NCBI GenBank assembly: GCA_046731735.1
Contig: JBKPLP010000010.1
Coordinates: 1 to 61,896, forward strand
Origin: Acidobacteriota bacterium
Lineage (GTDB): Bacteria > Acidobacteriota > Vicinamibacteria > Vicinamibacterales > 2-12-FULL-66-21
DNA: 61,896 bases
Direction of reading: 5' to 3'
Shown here: in pieces, positions 49,614 through 59,038 of the stretch
Layout: every line of letters begins with the position of its first letter
How positions within the stretch are numbered: the stretch's first letter is position 1
Position numbers and translations under genes: made by a program
Notes under the pieces: model-generated
The model's input: the letters and a program-made list of their open reading frames with translations, nothing else
What the model was told of the DNA's origin: nothing
The model's database searches: none

Positions 49614-49718
49614 CCGGGATCCGGGATCCGGGATCCGGGATCCGGGATCCGGGATCCGATCTTTTCGGATTCCGAATCCGATGCTTTCGGATCCCGCATC
49701 CCGGATCCCGCATCCCGA
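49614..49718. repeat. Inverted pair of heptamer arrays (CCGGGAT x6 / GSATCCC x4)
   Basis: Read directly in the cmk leader; the same unit occurs inside uvrC. Confidence 0.92.
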
Positions 49719-49737
49719 TACAGTATTATCCCCCGCA

Positions 49738-50892
49738 ATGCCCGTGAGAAGGAGCGCGCTGGTCGCGGGGATTCCGGTGTTCGTCGTCGCCCTCGCGCTC
49801 GTCCTCTCCAATTCGTATTTTCGCGCGGCCGCATTCGTGATCCAGGCGGCGGGAATGCAGGGACTCGCGCGGACCGCAGCGTCGCTCGAGACGAGCACGT
49901 TTTCCGAGCGGGCGCTGATGATTCCCTGGCGCGGCGGACAGCTGCGCGCGCGGCTGTATCGGCCCGTCGGCGCGTCAGATCGCGCAATGCTGCTGGTCCC
50001 GGGCGTGCACGCCTCAGGCGTCGACGAGCCGCGGCTGGTGCAGTTCGCCAAGGATCTCGCATCCGTGCGCCATACCGTGCTGACGGCAGAACTCGCCGAT
50101 TTGACTCAGTACCGCATCACGCCGAGAACGACGGACATGATCGAGGACGCCGCGCGGTGGCTCAGCGGCCAGCACGACCTCGCGCCGGACGGCCGGATCG
50201 GCATGATGGGAATCAGCTTCGCTGGCGGCCTTTCGATCATCGCGGCGTCGCGGTCGCCGCTTCGCGATCGCGTCGCCTTCGTGATGTCCTTCGGCGGCCA
50301 CGGCGACTTGCCGCGGACGCTGCGCTATCTCTGCACCGGCATTCAGCCCGACGGCTCGACGTTTCCCCCGCACGATTACGGCGTGGTCGTCATCCTGTTG
50401 AGCGTCGCCGATCAGGTCGTGCCCGCCGATCAAGTCGAGCCACTCCGGCGGGTGATCCTGACCTACCTCGACGCGTCGCGGCTCGATCTGATCGACAAGA
50501 ACGAATCGTGGAATACGTACCAGCGCGCGCGCGCGATGACCGCCACGCTGCCGGAGCCGGCGAAAACGCTGATGGGCTACGTGAACGAGCGGGATGTCGC
50601 GCATCTTGGGGCCATCCTGCTGCCGCACGTGACGAAGCTCGGCGACGATCGCGCGCTGTCGCCGGCGAGCGAAGCGAAGCCCGCTGCCACGGTGTATCTG
50701 CTGCATGGAACCGGGGACAACGTGATTCCCGCGATCGAGTCCACGCTGTTGGCGCAGACGCTCAGGGCGCGCGGCGTCACCGTGCATCAGCTCGCGACGC
50801 CGCTCATCACCCACGCAGAGGTCGATCGGTCCGCGACCGCAGCCGCGATGTGGAATCTGGTGTCGTTCTGGGAAAAGCTGCTGACGGAGTAA
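49738..50892 (+). CDS. Alpha/beta hydrolase with N-terminal anchor
   Basis: GISFAG nucleophile elbow, LLHGTGDNVIP, ITHAE. Confidence 0.75.
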   Translation: MPVRRSALVAGIPVFVVALALVLSNSYFRAAAFVIQAAGMQGLARTAASLETSTFSERALMIPWRGGQLRARLYRPVGASDRAMLLVPGVHASGVDEPRLVQFAKDLASVRHTVLTAELADLTQYRITPRTTDMIEDAARWLSGQHDLAPDGRIGMMGISFAGGLSIIAASRSPLRDRVAFVMSFGGHGDLPRTLRYLCTGIQPDGSTFPPHDYGVVVILLSVADQVVPADQVEPLRRVILTYLDASRLDLIDKNESWNTYQRARAMTATLPEPAKTLMGYVNERDVAHLGAILLPHVTKLGDDRALSPASEAKPAATVYLLHGTGDNVIPAIESTLLAQTLRARGVTVHQLATPLITHAEVDRSATAAAMWNLVSFWEKLLTE

Positions 50893-50896
50893 ACGA

Positions 50897-50927
50897 AGGA
50901 GATAGGAGATAGGAGATAGGAGGTAGG
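50897..50927. repeat. Heptamer array AGGAGAT x3 + AGGAGGT, forming the rluB RBS
   Basis: Runs directly into ATG 50928. Confidence 0.9.
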
Positions 50928-51665
50928 ATGCCCGAGCGCCTGCAGAAGATACTCTCGGCCGCCGGAGTTGCGTCGCGGAGGGCCGCCGAGGCGTACATCA
51001 CGGACGGGCGTGTGTCCGTCAATGGGCGCACAGTGACGGAGCTCGGCACCAAGGCCGATCCTCAGGTCGACGACATTCGAGTCGACGGGCGTCGCGTCAG
51101 ACCTGCCGCGCGCCGGCTGTATATCCTGATGTACAAGCCGCGTGGATACATCACCAGCCGGTCGGATCCGCAGCGGCGGCCAACCGTGATCGACCTCCTC
51201 ACGAAAGGCGGCGTTCGCGAGTACGTGTACCCCGTCGGGCGTCTGGATTACGAGTCGGAGGGTCTGCTCCTGCTGACGAGCGACGGCGATCTCGCCGCGC
51301 GCCTGACGCATCCGAGTCACGAGGTGGAACGTGAGTACCACGCGCGAGTGCGCGGGGTGCCCGATCGCTCCACGATCGAGCGGCTCGCGAAAGGGATCGT
51401 TCTTGACGGACGGAAGACGGCGCCAGCGCAGGTAACGCTGCTGAAAGTCATCGAAGGCGAACACGGCTCCGATGCCGTGATATCACTCGTCTTGCATGAA
51501 GGACGAAATCGCCAGGTCCGCAATATGTGCGAGGCGATCGGTCATCCGGTGGTACGCCTGCGGCGCGTCCGGATCGGACCTATTACGGACGAACGGATTC
51601 GACCGGGCGAATTCAGGCAGCTCGAAGCCAAAGAGATTGCAGCTCTACGTCGAGCCGCCCGGTAA
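50928..51665 (+). CDS. rluB: Pseudouridine synthase, RluB/RsuA family
   Basis: ERLQKIL..AGVASRR (S4 domain), YPVGRLD, EGRNRQVR. Confidence 0.9.
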   Translation: MPERLQKILSAAGVASRRAAEAYITDGRVSVNGRTVTELGTKADPQVDDIRVDGRRVRPAARRLYILMYKPRGYITSRSDPQRRPTVIDLLTKGGVREYVYPVGRLDYESEGLLLLTSDGDLAARLTHPSHEVEREYHARVRGVPDRSTIERLAKGIVLDGRKTAPAQVTLLKVIEGEHGSDAVISLVLHEGRNRQVRNMCEAIGHPVVRLRRVRIGPITDERIRPGEFRQLEAKEIAALRRAAR

Positions 51666-51698
51666 CTCCTACGTCCTACGTCCTACCTCCTACATCCT
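51666..51698. repeat. Heptamer array (TCCTACG/TCCTACC), inverted relative to 50897-50927
   Basis: ctcctacgtcctacgtcctacctcctacatcct. Confidence 0.88.
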
Positions 51699-51701
51699 CG
51701 T

Positions 51702-52361
51702 TCAGTGCACCGTCTCAGTTTCGTCCTCCGGCAGCTCCGCGCGCTGGGGTGGTTCCGCAGCCGCATCCGCGTCGGCGTCGAACGGCAGCGGGCTCGTCGT
51801 CTGCGGCGGCTCGCCGAGTGCGCCTGGCAGCTCGAAGCCAAGCGCGTCGGACATCTCTTCGACTTTCGGCAGATCGCCGATATCGTTCAGGCCGAAGCGC
51901 TGCAGGAACTCGCGTGTTGTCGCATACATGAATGGCCGGCCGATGACCTGCTTCCGGCCAACGGTTTTGATCAGGTGACGCTCGACGAGCGTTGCGAGCA
52001 CGCCCCCGCTGCTGGTCACGCCGCGGATCTCTGCGATTTCCGGCGCGGTGATCGGCTGTTTGTAGGCAATGACCGCGAGCGTCTCGAGCGCCGGCACCGA
52101 CAGCTTCTGCGTCGTCCGCTCGTGAAACAGCTTGCGCACCCAGTCGTGCAGCTCGGCACGGGTGACGAGCTGGTAGCCCCCCGCGACCTCGACGATCTGG
52201 AGGCCGCCCGGTCGATCGTAGTCCGCTCGCAACGCGGCCAGCGCGGCGTCGACGTCCTCCCGCGGCTCTCCTTCGAGCAGTTTGTACAGCGTCTTCGGCG
52301 TGAGCGGCTCCGGCGACGCGAAGATGAGCGCCTCGACAATCGGTTTCAGTTGGTCACTCAT
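51702..52361 (-). CDS. scpB: SMC-Scp subunit ScpB
   Basis: EALIFAS, EVAGGYQL, ALETLAVIAYKQPIT, GRPFMYATT..FL..FGL. Confidence 0.95.
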   Translation of the reverse strand: MSDQLKPIVEALIFASPEPLTPKTLYKLLEGEPREDVDAALAALRADYDRPGGLQIVEVAGGYQLVTRAELHDWVRKLFHERTTQKLSVPALETLAVIAYKQPITAPEIAEIRGVTSSGGVLATLVERHLIKTVGRKQVIGRPFMYATTREFLQRFGLNDIGDLPKVEEMSDALGFELPGALGEPPQTTSPLPFDADADAAAEPPQRAELPEDETETVH

Positions 52362-52368
52362 AGGGCAA

Positions 52369-53190
52369 TCATTCTTCGGTGTTCAGCTTTTCGATTTCCG
52401 CGGCGTGGCGCGTTTCCGGATCGAGAAGCGGCTTCGGCGCATCGGCCGGCCGCGCGCGTTTGTAAACGCGTATCGGGCCCATCGCGCCCGACTGGAAGAC
52501 GCGAATCAGCTTCAGCCGAATCATCTCCAGCATCGCCAGAAACGTGACGACGACGCCGGAGCGCGACTGGACGTCGGCGAACAGGTCCTCGAAGCCGCAG
52601 GCTTCGGTTTCCGAGAGCTTCGCCATCAGCTGCTCGATTCGATCCTCGATCGGAATCTGCTCACCCGGCAGATAGATCTGCGGTCGCTGCCTGGCGCGTT
52701 CAACCACCGTGCGAAACGCCGCAATGAGGCTGAACAGATCGACCTCGACTTCCGGTTCCGGTGCCTCGCCGGCGATCTCCGCGATCGGACCGTCGGGACG
52801 CGTCCATTGCGCGCTGCGCAGCGTCTCGCGCTCATGGAGGAGTTCGGCCGCCGCCTTGAACTTCTGGTGCTCGAGCAGGCGCCTCACCAGCGCTTCGCGC
52901 GGATCCTCCTCGGGATCTTCCTGCGTCGGGTCCGCGCGCGGCAGCAGCATGCGCGACTTGATGTGGATGAGCGTGGCCGCCATCACCAGGAACTCTCCGG
53001 CGACATCGAGATTGAGCTCCTGCATCAGGTCGATATACGCAAGATACTGCTCGGTAATGCGCGCGATCGGAATGTCGTAGATGTCGACCTCGTGCTTCTT
53101 GATGAGGTGCAACAGCAGATCGAGCGGGCCCTCGAACGTGTCGAGCCGGACGGGATAGGCTTCGAGGATCGATTCGAATTCCGGTTCCAT
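52369..53190 (-). CDS. scpA: Kleisin ScpA
   Basis: FEGPLDLLLHLI, EFLVMAATLIHIKSRMLLP, TFLAMLE. Confidence 0.95.
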   Translation of the reverse strand: MEPEFESILEAYPVRLDTFEGPLDLLLHLIKKHEVDIYDIPIARITEQYLAYIDLMQELNLDVAGEFLVMAATLIHIKSRMLLPRADPTQEDPEEDPREALVRRLLEHQKFKAAAELLHERETLRSAQWTRPDGPIAEIAGEAPEPEVEVDLFSLIAAFRTVVERARQRPQIYLPGEQIPIEDRIEQLMAKLSETEACGFEDLFADVQSRSGVVVTFLAMLEMIRLKLIRVFQSGAMGPIRVYKRARPADAPKPLLDPETRHAAEIEKLNTEE

Positions 53191-53196
53191 TTAGTA

Positions 53197-53231
53197 AATT
53201 GCCAAAATTGCCATAATTGCCAGAATCGCCG
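53197..53231. repeat. Single-arm nonamer array (AATTGCCAN x4)
   Basis: aattgccaa aattgccat aattgccag aatcgccg. Confidence 0.85.
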
Positions 53232-53242
53232 AAAAGACGTGT

Positions 53243-54232
53243 TCAGTATTTGAGTTTTACCGCCGCGCGGACTCGTTCCATCGTCTCTTGAGCGATCCCA
53301 CGGGCCTTCCGCGACCCCTCGTGCAGAATCTCGCGAACGCGCTCCGGTCTGGCCGCGATCTCGGCCCGGCGTGCGCGCATCGGATCGAGGTGGGCGTTCA
53401 ACGCTTTCGCGAGTTTCGTTTTTACTTCCACGTCGCCGACCTTGCCGGCGCGATAGCGGGTCTTCAACTCCTCGACTTCGGCCTTATCCGGATTGAACGC
53501 GTCGTGATACGTGAATACCGGGTTGCCCTCGACGGTGCCGGGAATATCCGCGCGCACCCGTTTCGGGTCCGTGTACATCTGCATCACCTTCTTCCGCACC
53601 ATCTCGGCGTCGTCCGAGAGGTCGATGGTGTTGCCGTAGCTCTTCGACATCTTGCGGTTGTCGAGGCCAGGCAACCGCGGAAAAGTCGTGAGCAGCTGCT
53701 CCGGCTCGACAAACAGTTCACCATAGAAGTTGTGAAACCGCCGGACGATCTCGCGGCTGAGTTCGAGGTGCGGTACTTGATCCTCCCCGACCGGCACGTA
53801 GTGCGCGTTGTACATGATGATGTCGGCGGTCTGGAGCAGCGGGTAACCGAGGAAACCGAGGGTCGACAGATCTTTCTCCGACAACTGCTCGATCTGCTCC
53901 TTGTAGGTCGGCACCCGTTCGAGCCACGGAATCGGAATCGTCATCGAAAGAAGCAAGAACAGCTCGGCGTGTTCCGGTACCAGCGATTGGATGAACAGCG
54001 TGCTGCGTTCGGGATCGAGTCCCGCTGCGATCCAGTCGGCCGCGTTGTCGTACGCATTGGCGACGACTTCGGACGTGTTCGCGTAGTCGCTCGTCAGCGC
54101 GTGCCAGTCCGCGACGAAATAAAAGCAGTCGTATTGCTCCTGGAGCGAAGCCCACTTATTGAGAGCTCCGACGAGGTGACCGAGGTGGAGCTTCCCGGTC
54201 GGGCGCATGCCCGAAACAACGCGCGGCTTCAT
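53243..54232 (-). CDS. trpS: Tryptophanyl-tRNA synthetase
   Basis: SGMRPTGKLHLGH, YPLLQTADI, VPVGEDQ, KMSKS. Confidence 0.96.
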   Translation of the reverse strand: MKPRVVSGMRPTGKLHLGHLVGALNKWASLQEQYDCFYFVADWHALTSDYANTSEVVANAYDNAADWIAAGLDPERSTLFIQSLVPEHAELFLLLSMTIPIPWLERVPTYKEQIEQLSEKDLSTLGFLGYPLLQTADIIMYNAHYVPVGEDQVPHLELSREIVRRFHNFYGELFVEPEQLLTTFPRLPGLDNRKMSKSYGNTIDLSDDAEMVRKKVMQMYTDPKRVRADIPGTVEGNPVFTYHDAFNPDKAEVEELKTRYRAGKVGDVEVKTKLAKALNAHLDPMRARRAEIAARPERVREILHEGSRKARGIAQETMERVRAAVKLKY

Positions 54233-54298
54233 CAGGAGTCTGAATGCCCAGACTAAGCGAAAAGTCACGCAGTATCAAGGACTTGGATCCCCGCCGAT

Positions 54299-56224
54299 TC
54301 AAGAATGCGCTGCGAAGTGCGCGAGAACCGCATCGGCGCACCTCGCGCCGACGACCTTCATCAACTCCTCGCGCGTTGCCCGCCGCACACCGGCAAGACT
54401 GCCGAACGCCGTCAGCAGCGCCTTGCGACGACGTGGACCGATGCCTTCGATTACGTCCAGCTCGGATCGCAGATCGCGCTTCGTGCGCGACAGGCGATGA
54501 AACGTGACGGCGAACCGATGCGCTTCGTCGCGAATGCGCCGAATCAGCAGCAGCGCGGGACTGTCTTCCGCGAGCGCGATGGCGTTCTCGCGATCGCGCG
54601 TGTAGAGCAGCTCCTCTTTCTTGGCAATGCCCACCGCGATAAGGCTGCCCAACCCCAGCTCTTCGAGTGCCTGATAGGCCGAAGTGAGTTGGCCTTTACC
54701 GCCGTCGATGAGGATGAGATCCGGGAAGGGCCCGCCGCTTTCCAGCAGCTTGCGATAGCGGCGCAGGACGACTTCGTGCATTGCCGCGAAGTCGTTGAGG
54801 AATCGTGCGTCACGGGATCCGGGATCCGGGATCCGGGATCCGGAGGAATCGGCAATCCGGGATCCGACGGATCCCGGATCCCGCATCCCGGATCGCGGAA
54901 CGATCGCATTCCCCCGAATCCGAAACTTCTTGTACTCCGACCGCTTCATCCTCCCGTCTTCGCACACGACCAGCGACGCGACGGTTTCCGCCCCCTGAAT
55001 CGTGGAGATGTCGAAGCACTCGATCCGGCGCGGGGCCGCCGGCAGCGCGAGCACCGCGCGCAACGTTTCGAGCGCGTCGTAGTTCGCCGCGACGTTCTCG
55101 TTGAAGCGGGCCTGGTAGGCGACCTCCGCATTGCGAGCGGCGAGCTCGAGCAACCCGCGCTTCTCGCCACGCTTCGGGACGACGAGCCGCACGCGCCGCC
55201 CTGCCTCGCCCGAGAGCCATCCTTCCAGCAGCTCGGCATCGGCAGCGGGAAACGGAACCGGGATGTGCACTTCCGGCGCCGCGATGCGCTCCGCATAGAA
55301 CTGTTGCAGCGCAGCCTGGAGCACATCGCACTCGTCGAGGACGACGATGGTGCTCCCCGCGGCCTCGGTGACCAGCTCGGTCCGCTCGACCACCTTCCCG
55401 TTTCGCGTCTGGAACACCTGGACGACGGCGCCGGCGGGACCAATCTTCAGGCCAAAGGCGTCGCGGTCGCCAAACTGCGGCGACGCCATCTTCTGCTGGC
55501 GGGTGCGCAGCGTCTCGATCGTGCGGATGGCGTCCCGAAGCTGTGCTGCCTGCTCGTATCGTTCCTCAGCCGCGGCCTCCGCCATCCGTTCCCGCAGCGT
55601 ATAGAGCAGCTCGTCGTTGCGCCCTTCCAGGAACAGCTTGGTATGTTCGACGGCCACGCGGTATTCGCCCTCCGAACAGAGCGTGTGGACGCACGGCGCG
55701 ACACAGCGTTTGATGTCGAATTCGAGGCACGCCCGCGCCCGCTCGCCCGTGATCACCTCGTTGCAGGATCGGATCCCGAACAGCTTGTGGGTCAGCGACA
55801 TCGTCCGGCGCGCGAGCGACGCCGGCATGAACGGTCCGGCATAGAAATGTTCGTCGCGCTCGACGCGGCGCGCCACCAGCACGCGCGGGTACGCTTCGCC
55901 GGTGGTCAGCTGCAGATACGGGTAAGTCTTGTCGTCGCGGAGCAGGATGTTGTATTTCGGCGCACGCTGCTTGATCAGGTTGTTCTCGAGCGCGAGCGCC
56001 TCGACGACCGAGTCGGTCACTATCACCTCGAGGTGCTCGGCCTCGTCGAGCAGCGCGTCGATGCGTGGGCTCGTGCCATAGGCGCCCAGATAGCTGCGCA
56101 CGCGGTCGCGCAGCACCCGAGCCTTGCCGACGTACAGCGTTTCCCCCTGCCCGTTCGCATACAGGTAGACGCCGGGCTGCTCCGGCAGCCGCGCTATCTG
56201 GGTCTTGAGATCACGGATCGGCAT
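54299..56224 (-). CDS. uvrC: Excinuclease ABC subunit C with an in-frame repeat-derived insertion
   Basis: PGVYL...YVGKA (GIY-YIG), RIECFDIS, LIDGGKGQ, IRDEAHRFA, GIGPRR. Confidence 0.96.
   Translation of the reverse strand: MPIRDLKTQIARLPEQPGVYLYANGQGETLYVGKARVLRDRVRSYLGAYGTSPRIDALLDEAEHLEVIVTDSVVEALALENNLIKQRAPKYNILLRDDKTYPYLQLTTGEAYPRVLVARRVERDEHFYAGPFMPASLARRTMSLTHKLFGIRSCNEVITGERARACLEFDIKRCVAPCVHTLCSEGEYRVAVEHTKLFLEGRNDELLYTLRERMAEAAAEERYEQAAQLRDAIRTIETLRTRQQKMASPQFGDRDAFGLKIGPAGAVVQVFQTRNGKVVERTELVTEAAGSTIVVLDECDVLQAALQQFYAERIAAPEVHIPVPFPAADAELLEGWLSGEAGRRVRLVVPKRGEKRGLLELAARNAEVAYQARFNENVAANYDALETLRAVLALPAAPRRIECFDISTIQGAETVASLVVCEDGRMKRSEYKKFRIRGNAIVPRSGMRDPGSVGSRIADSSGSRIPDPGSRDARFLNDFAAMHEVVLRRYRKLLESGGPFPDLILIDGGKGQLTSAYQALEELGLGSLIAVGIAKKEELLYTRDRENAIALAEDSPALLLIRRIRDEAHRFAVTFHRLSRTKRDLRSELDVIEGIGPRRRKALLTAFGSLAGVRRATREELMKVVGARCADAVLAHFAAHS
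54813..54893. repeat. CCGGGAT inverted array inside uvrC
   Basis: cgggatc x4 ... ggatcccggatcccgcatcccggatc. Confidence 0.9.
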
Positions 56225-56288
56225 GCGGTACACTGCGCGTTTTGGCGCAATTCTGAACCTTCTATTATAGCGCGCGGCATCAGCACCT

Positions 56289-56888
56289 ATGACGTTTACG
56301 GGGCTCATCGGGCGGATCTGTATGGCTCCGCTCCGGCTCATCATCAATCTCTGCGTCGCACTAGGGATTCATCCCAACACGCTGACCTTCATCGGCGTGC
56401 TGATCAACGTCGCCGCCGCGTTCGAGCTGGCGGCCGGACGCTTCATCCGCGCCGGCGTCATCATGGTGGTGGCCAACATCTTCGACTTCATCGACGGCAA
56501 GGTGGCCCACGAATCGAACGCGGTCAGCGCGTTCGGCGGTTTCTGGGATTCCGTGATCGACCGGTTCTCCGACATCGCGCTGTTCCTCGGGCTGATTTAC
56601 CTGTACTCGCACCTGGGGCGCACCGATTACGCGATGGTGGCCGCGATCGCGATGATGTTCGCGATCATGACGAGCTACACGCGCGCCCGTGCCGAATCGC
56701 TGATCAAGAAATGCAAGGTCGGATTCATGGAACGGCCCGAGCGGATCGTCCTCTTCATGATCGGCGCGTTCACCAACCGGATGGCCGCCGTGCTGTGGGT
56801 CATCGGCGTGTTGTCGGTGTTCACGGTTGCCGACCGGATCATCTACACCTATCGCGAGCTGCGCGATACCGAGCAGGCTATCGCATGA
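56289..56888 (+). CDS. CDP-alcohol phosphatidyltransferase
   Basis: HPNTLT, DFIDGKVAH...FGGFWDSVIDRFSD, SYTRARAE, ERPER. Confidence 0.92.
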   Translation: MTFTGLIGRICMAPLRLIINLCVALGIHPNTLTFIGVLINVAAAFELAAGRFIRAGVIMVVANIFDFIDGKVAHESNAVSAFGGFWDSVIDRFSDIALFLGLIYLYSHLGRTDYAMVAAIAMMFAIMTSYTRARAESLIKKCKVGFMERPERIVLFMIGAFTNRMAAVLWVIGVLSVFTVADRIIYTYRELRDTEQAIA

Positions 56889-57068
56889 AGAACCCAGCCA
56901 CGCTTCCGGGGCGCATCCTCTGGAACGCGTTCTTCTGGACTTACGAGCGTGCCACCTGGCAGTACGACGTCATGGTGATCGCCATTCTGGCATTCGTCTG
57001 GCTCACGCCGCCCGGCTGGCTGCACGATCCGATGGCGTCAGGCGAGGGACCCATCGGGTGGATTCTCA

Positions 57069-57088
<20 letters not shown>
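56885..57088 (+). CDS. Small membrane protein (67 aa)
   Basis: ATGA overlap with the upstream stop; FWTYERATWQYDVMVIAILAFVWLTP. In the ORF track it appears only as the tail of 54305..57088. Confidence 0.7.
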
Positions 57089-57132
<44 letters not shown>

Positions 57133-57135
57133 CGT

Positions 57136-57705
57136 TCACACGTCATCCCGCTCATCGTGCATACCGAGATCGAGCGGCTTTCCCGCAAAGTGGATGTCGT
57201 AGGTGGCGATCTTGTCGCGGAGCAGGCGCCGCGCCGCGCCGTAGTACACCTCGGGCACGACCAGGCTGCGCGCGAACGCGCGCATGCGATAGATGACCAC
57301 CAGCGTCGGCTTCTCTCCCTGCCGCCACGACAGCCCGCCGATCTTCCAGTACGGAACGAAGCCGGCATCGGCCCAGATCCCGTCCTGGTAGAACCCCCGC
57401 CCGATCTTCGCGCTGAGCGGCATCGCGTAGACGTAATACACGAGCATCGTCGTCTCGCCGAACACGTTGATGATGCTCATGCGCAGGAACGCGAGCTTGT
57501 AGACGATGAGCAGGCTCAGCACCGCGCCGAGCACGACCACGAGGCCGGAGAACGGGGGGTTCGTGGCCGGCCAGGTGAGCAGGGCGGAATGACGCAGCCG
57601 GCGGAACCGAAGAAACTGATAGAACAGCCGCAGGTCGGCGACAAAGAAACCGACACCAAGCAAGACCAGCAGGTTTGCGGGGTTCGCGAGGAATTCGTTG
57701 TACAA
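57136..57705 (-). CDS. Hypothetical membrane protein
   Basis: Three hydrophobic segments, then GFYQDGIW; TTG 57705 start inferred. Confidence 0.7.
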   Translation of the reverse strand: MYNEFLANPANLLVLLGVGFFVADLRLFYQFLRFRRLRHSALLTWPATNPPFSGLVVVLGAVLSLLIVYKLAFLRMSIINVFGETTMLVYYVYAMPLSAKIGRGFYQDGIWADAGFVPYWKIGGLSWRQGEKPTLVVIYRMRAFARSLVVPEVYYGAARRLLRDKIATYDIHFAGKPLDLGMHDERDDV

Positions 57706-57731
57706 CGCCGGGCCTGACCCCCGGCATTTTA

Positions 57732-58304
57732 TTACTGACCGAGTCGCGGGTCGAAACAGTGCCGGCAGCGGGCCTCGTACGTCCCTTGCGCGCCGACGAG
57801 CACGCGCTCGCTGCTCGCGACAAGACGCTGCGTGTGGTTCGCCGGGGCGCCGCAGACCATGCAGATGGCCAGCGTCTTGGTGATGTATTCGGCGATCGAC
57901 AGCAGCTGCGGCATCGGCTCGAAGGGCTTGCCGAGGTAATCCTGGTCGAGCCCCGCGACGATGACGCGCTTGCCCTGGTCGGCGAGCGTGCTGCACACCA
58001 GCGGCAGGTCCGAGTCGAAGAACTGTCCCTCGTCGATGCCGACCACTTCGGTTTCCGGAAGCACTTCGGCGAGAAGTTCGCGCGAGGATGACAGGTTGAC
58101 CGACGGGATCCGCATGTCGCTGTGCGAGATGATGTGATCGTCTGCGTAGCGGTTGTCGAGCCGCGGTTTGAAGATCTGCACCTTCCGCTTCGCGATCTGC
58201 GCGCGGCGCAGCCGGCGGATGAGCTCCTCGCTCTTGCCGCTGAACATGCTGCCGGTGATCACTTCAATCCACCCGGAATTCGGCCGGTGCTGGCTTATGT
58301 CCAT
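57732..58304 (-). CDS. tdk: Thymidine kinase
   Basis: [30 protein letters not shown]...YEARCRHC. Confidence 0.96.
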   Translation of the reverse strand: MDISQHRPNSGWIEVITGSMFSGKSEELIRRLRRAQIAKRKVQIFKPRLDNRYADDHIISHSDMRIPSVNLSSSRELLAEVLPETEVVGIDEGQFFDSDLPLVCSTLADQGKRVIVAGLDQDYLGKPFEPMPQLLSIAEYITKTLAICMVCGAPANHTQRLVASSERVLVGAQGTYEARCRHCFDPRLGQ

Positions 58305-58342
58305 CTGTTACTTCGCTCGGTGGGGGCCCTTTGACATTCCCC

Positions 58343-58402
58343 CCGCCTTCGCTCACCCGCTACGCGCGTGAGCTACGGCGGGCAGGCCGCCGGCCGAAGG
58401 CG
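58343..58402. repeat. CCGCCTTCGC...GCTACGGCG family (copy 2)
   Basis: Same ends as the copy at 3249-3274 with a different internal hairpin. Confidence 0.7.
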
Positions 58403-58404
58403 CT

Positions 58405-58968
58405 CTACGCACGAGAGAGGTACTCTCCGGTTTCGGTGTTGACGCGGATCTTGTCGCCATTGTTGACGAAGGGGGGCACGTTCACGACGAGGCCGGTTTC
58501 GAGCCGCGCCGGCTTGATCTGGTTGCTCGCCGTCGCGCCCTTGATACCAGGTGCGGTTTCCTCGACTACCAGATCCACCGTCTGCGGCAGCTCGATCCCG
58601 ACCGGCTCGCTGCCGTAGAACTCCACCTTGATGAGCGCATCCGGAATCAGGTAGTTGACGTTGTCGCCGAGCGCTTCCGCGTCGATGTGGAGCTGCTCGT
58701 ACGAGCTCGTATCCATGAAATGGAACGAATCCCCGTCGCGGTAGAGATACTGCATCTCGCGCTCATCCAGCGTGGCGCGTTCAACGAAGTCCTCCGACCG
58801 CAGCTTCTGATCGGCCAGCGTTCCGGTCCGGATGTTGCGGAACTTGACCCGCACGAATCCGCGCAGGTTCCCCGGCGTCACGTGTTGGAGCTCGAGCACG
58901 CGGAACAGATCCTGACCGACCTTGATCAGCATGCCTTTCTTCATTCTCGTCGCTTGTATGGAGGCCAT
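58405..58968 (-). CDS. efp: Elongation factor P (loop TPGNLRG)
   Basis: HVTPGN, MQYLY.DG..FHFMD..SYEQ, KPARLETG..V.VP.F, GEYLSRA. Confidence 0.95.
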   Translation of the reverse strand: MASIQATRMKKGMLIKVGQDLFRVLELQHVTPGNLRGFVRVKFRNIRTGTLADQKLRSEDFVERATLDEREMQYLYRDGDSFHFMDTSSYEQLHIDAEALGDNVNYLIPDALIKVEFYGSEPVGIELPQTVDLVVEETAPGIKGATASNQIKPARLETGLVVNVPPFVNNGDKIRVNTETGEYLSRA

Positions 58969-59038
58969 GTGTCGATGTCCAGAACCTTTCGATGTTAGCA
59001 CAGGGCGCCTAGGGCGCATTACACGCGCCTGCGGGCGT

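Noticed and set aside
49613-50062. Long N-terminal extensions in the ORF track (cmk, hemW, Hsp20, HtrA, lnt, mpg, gdh)
   Set aside because: They run through repeat arrays or neighbouring genes. Family homology and RBS or -10 signals point to the shorter starts used here.
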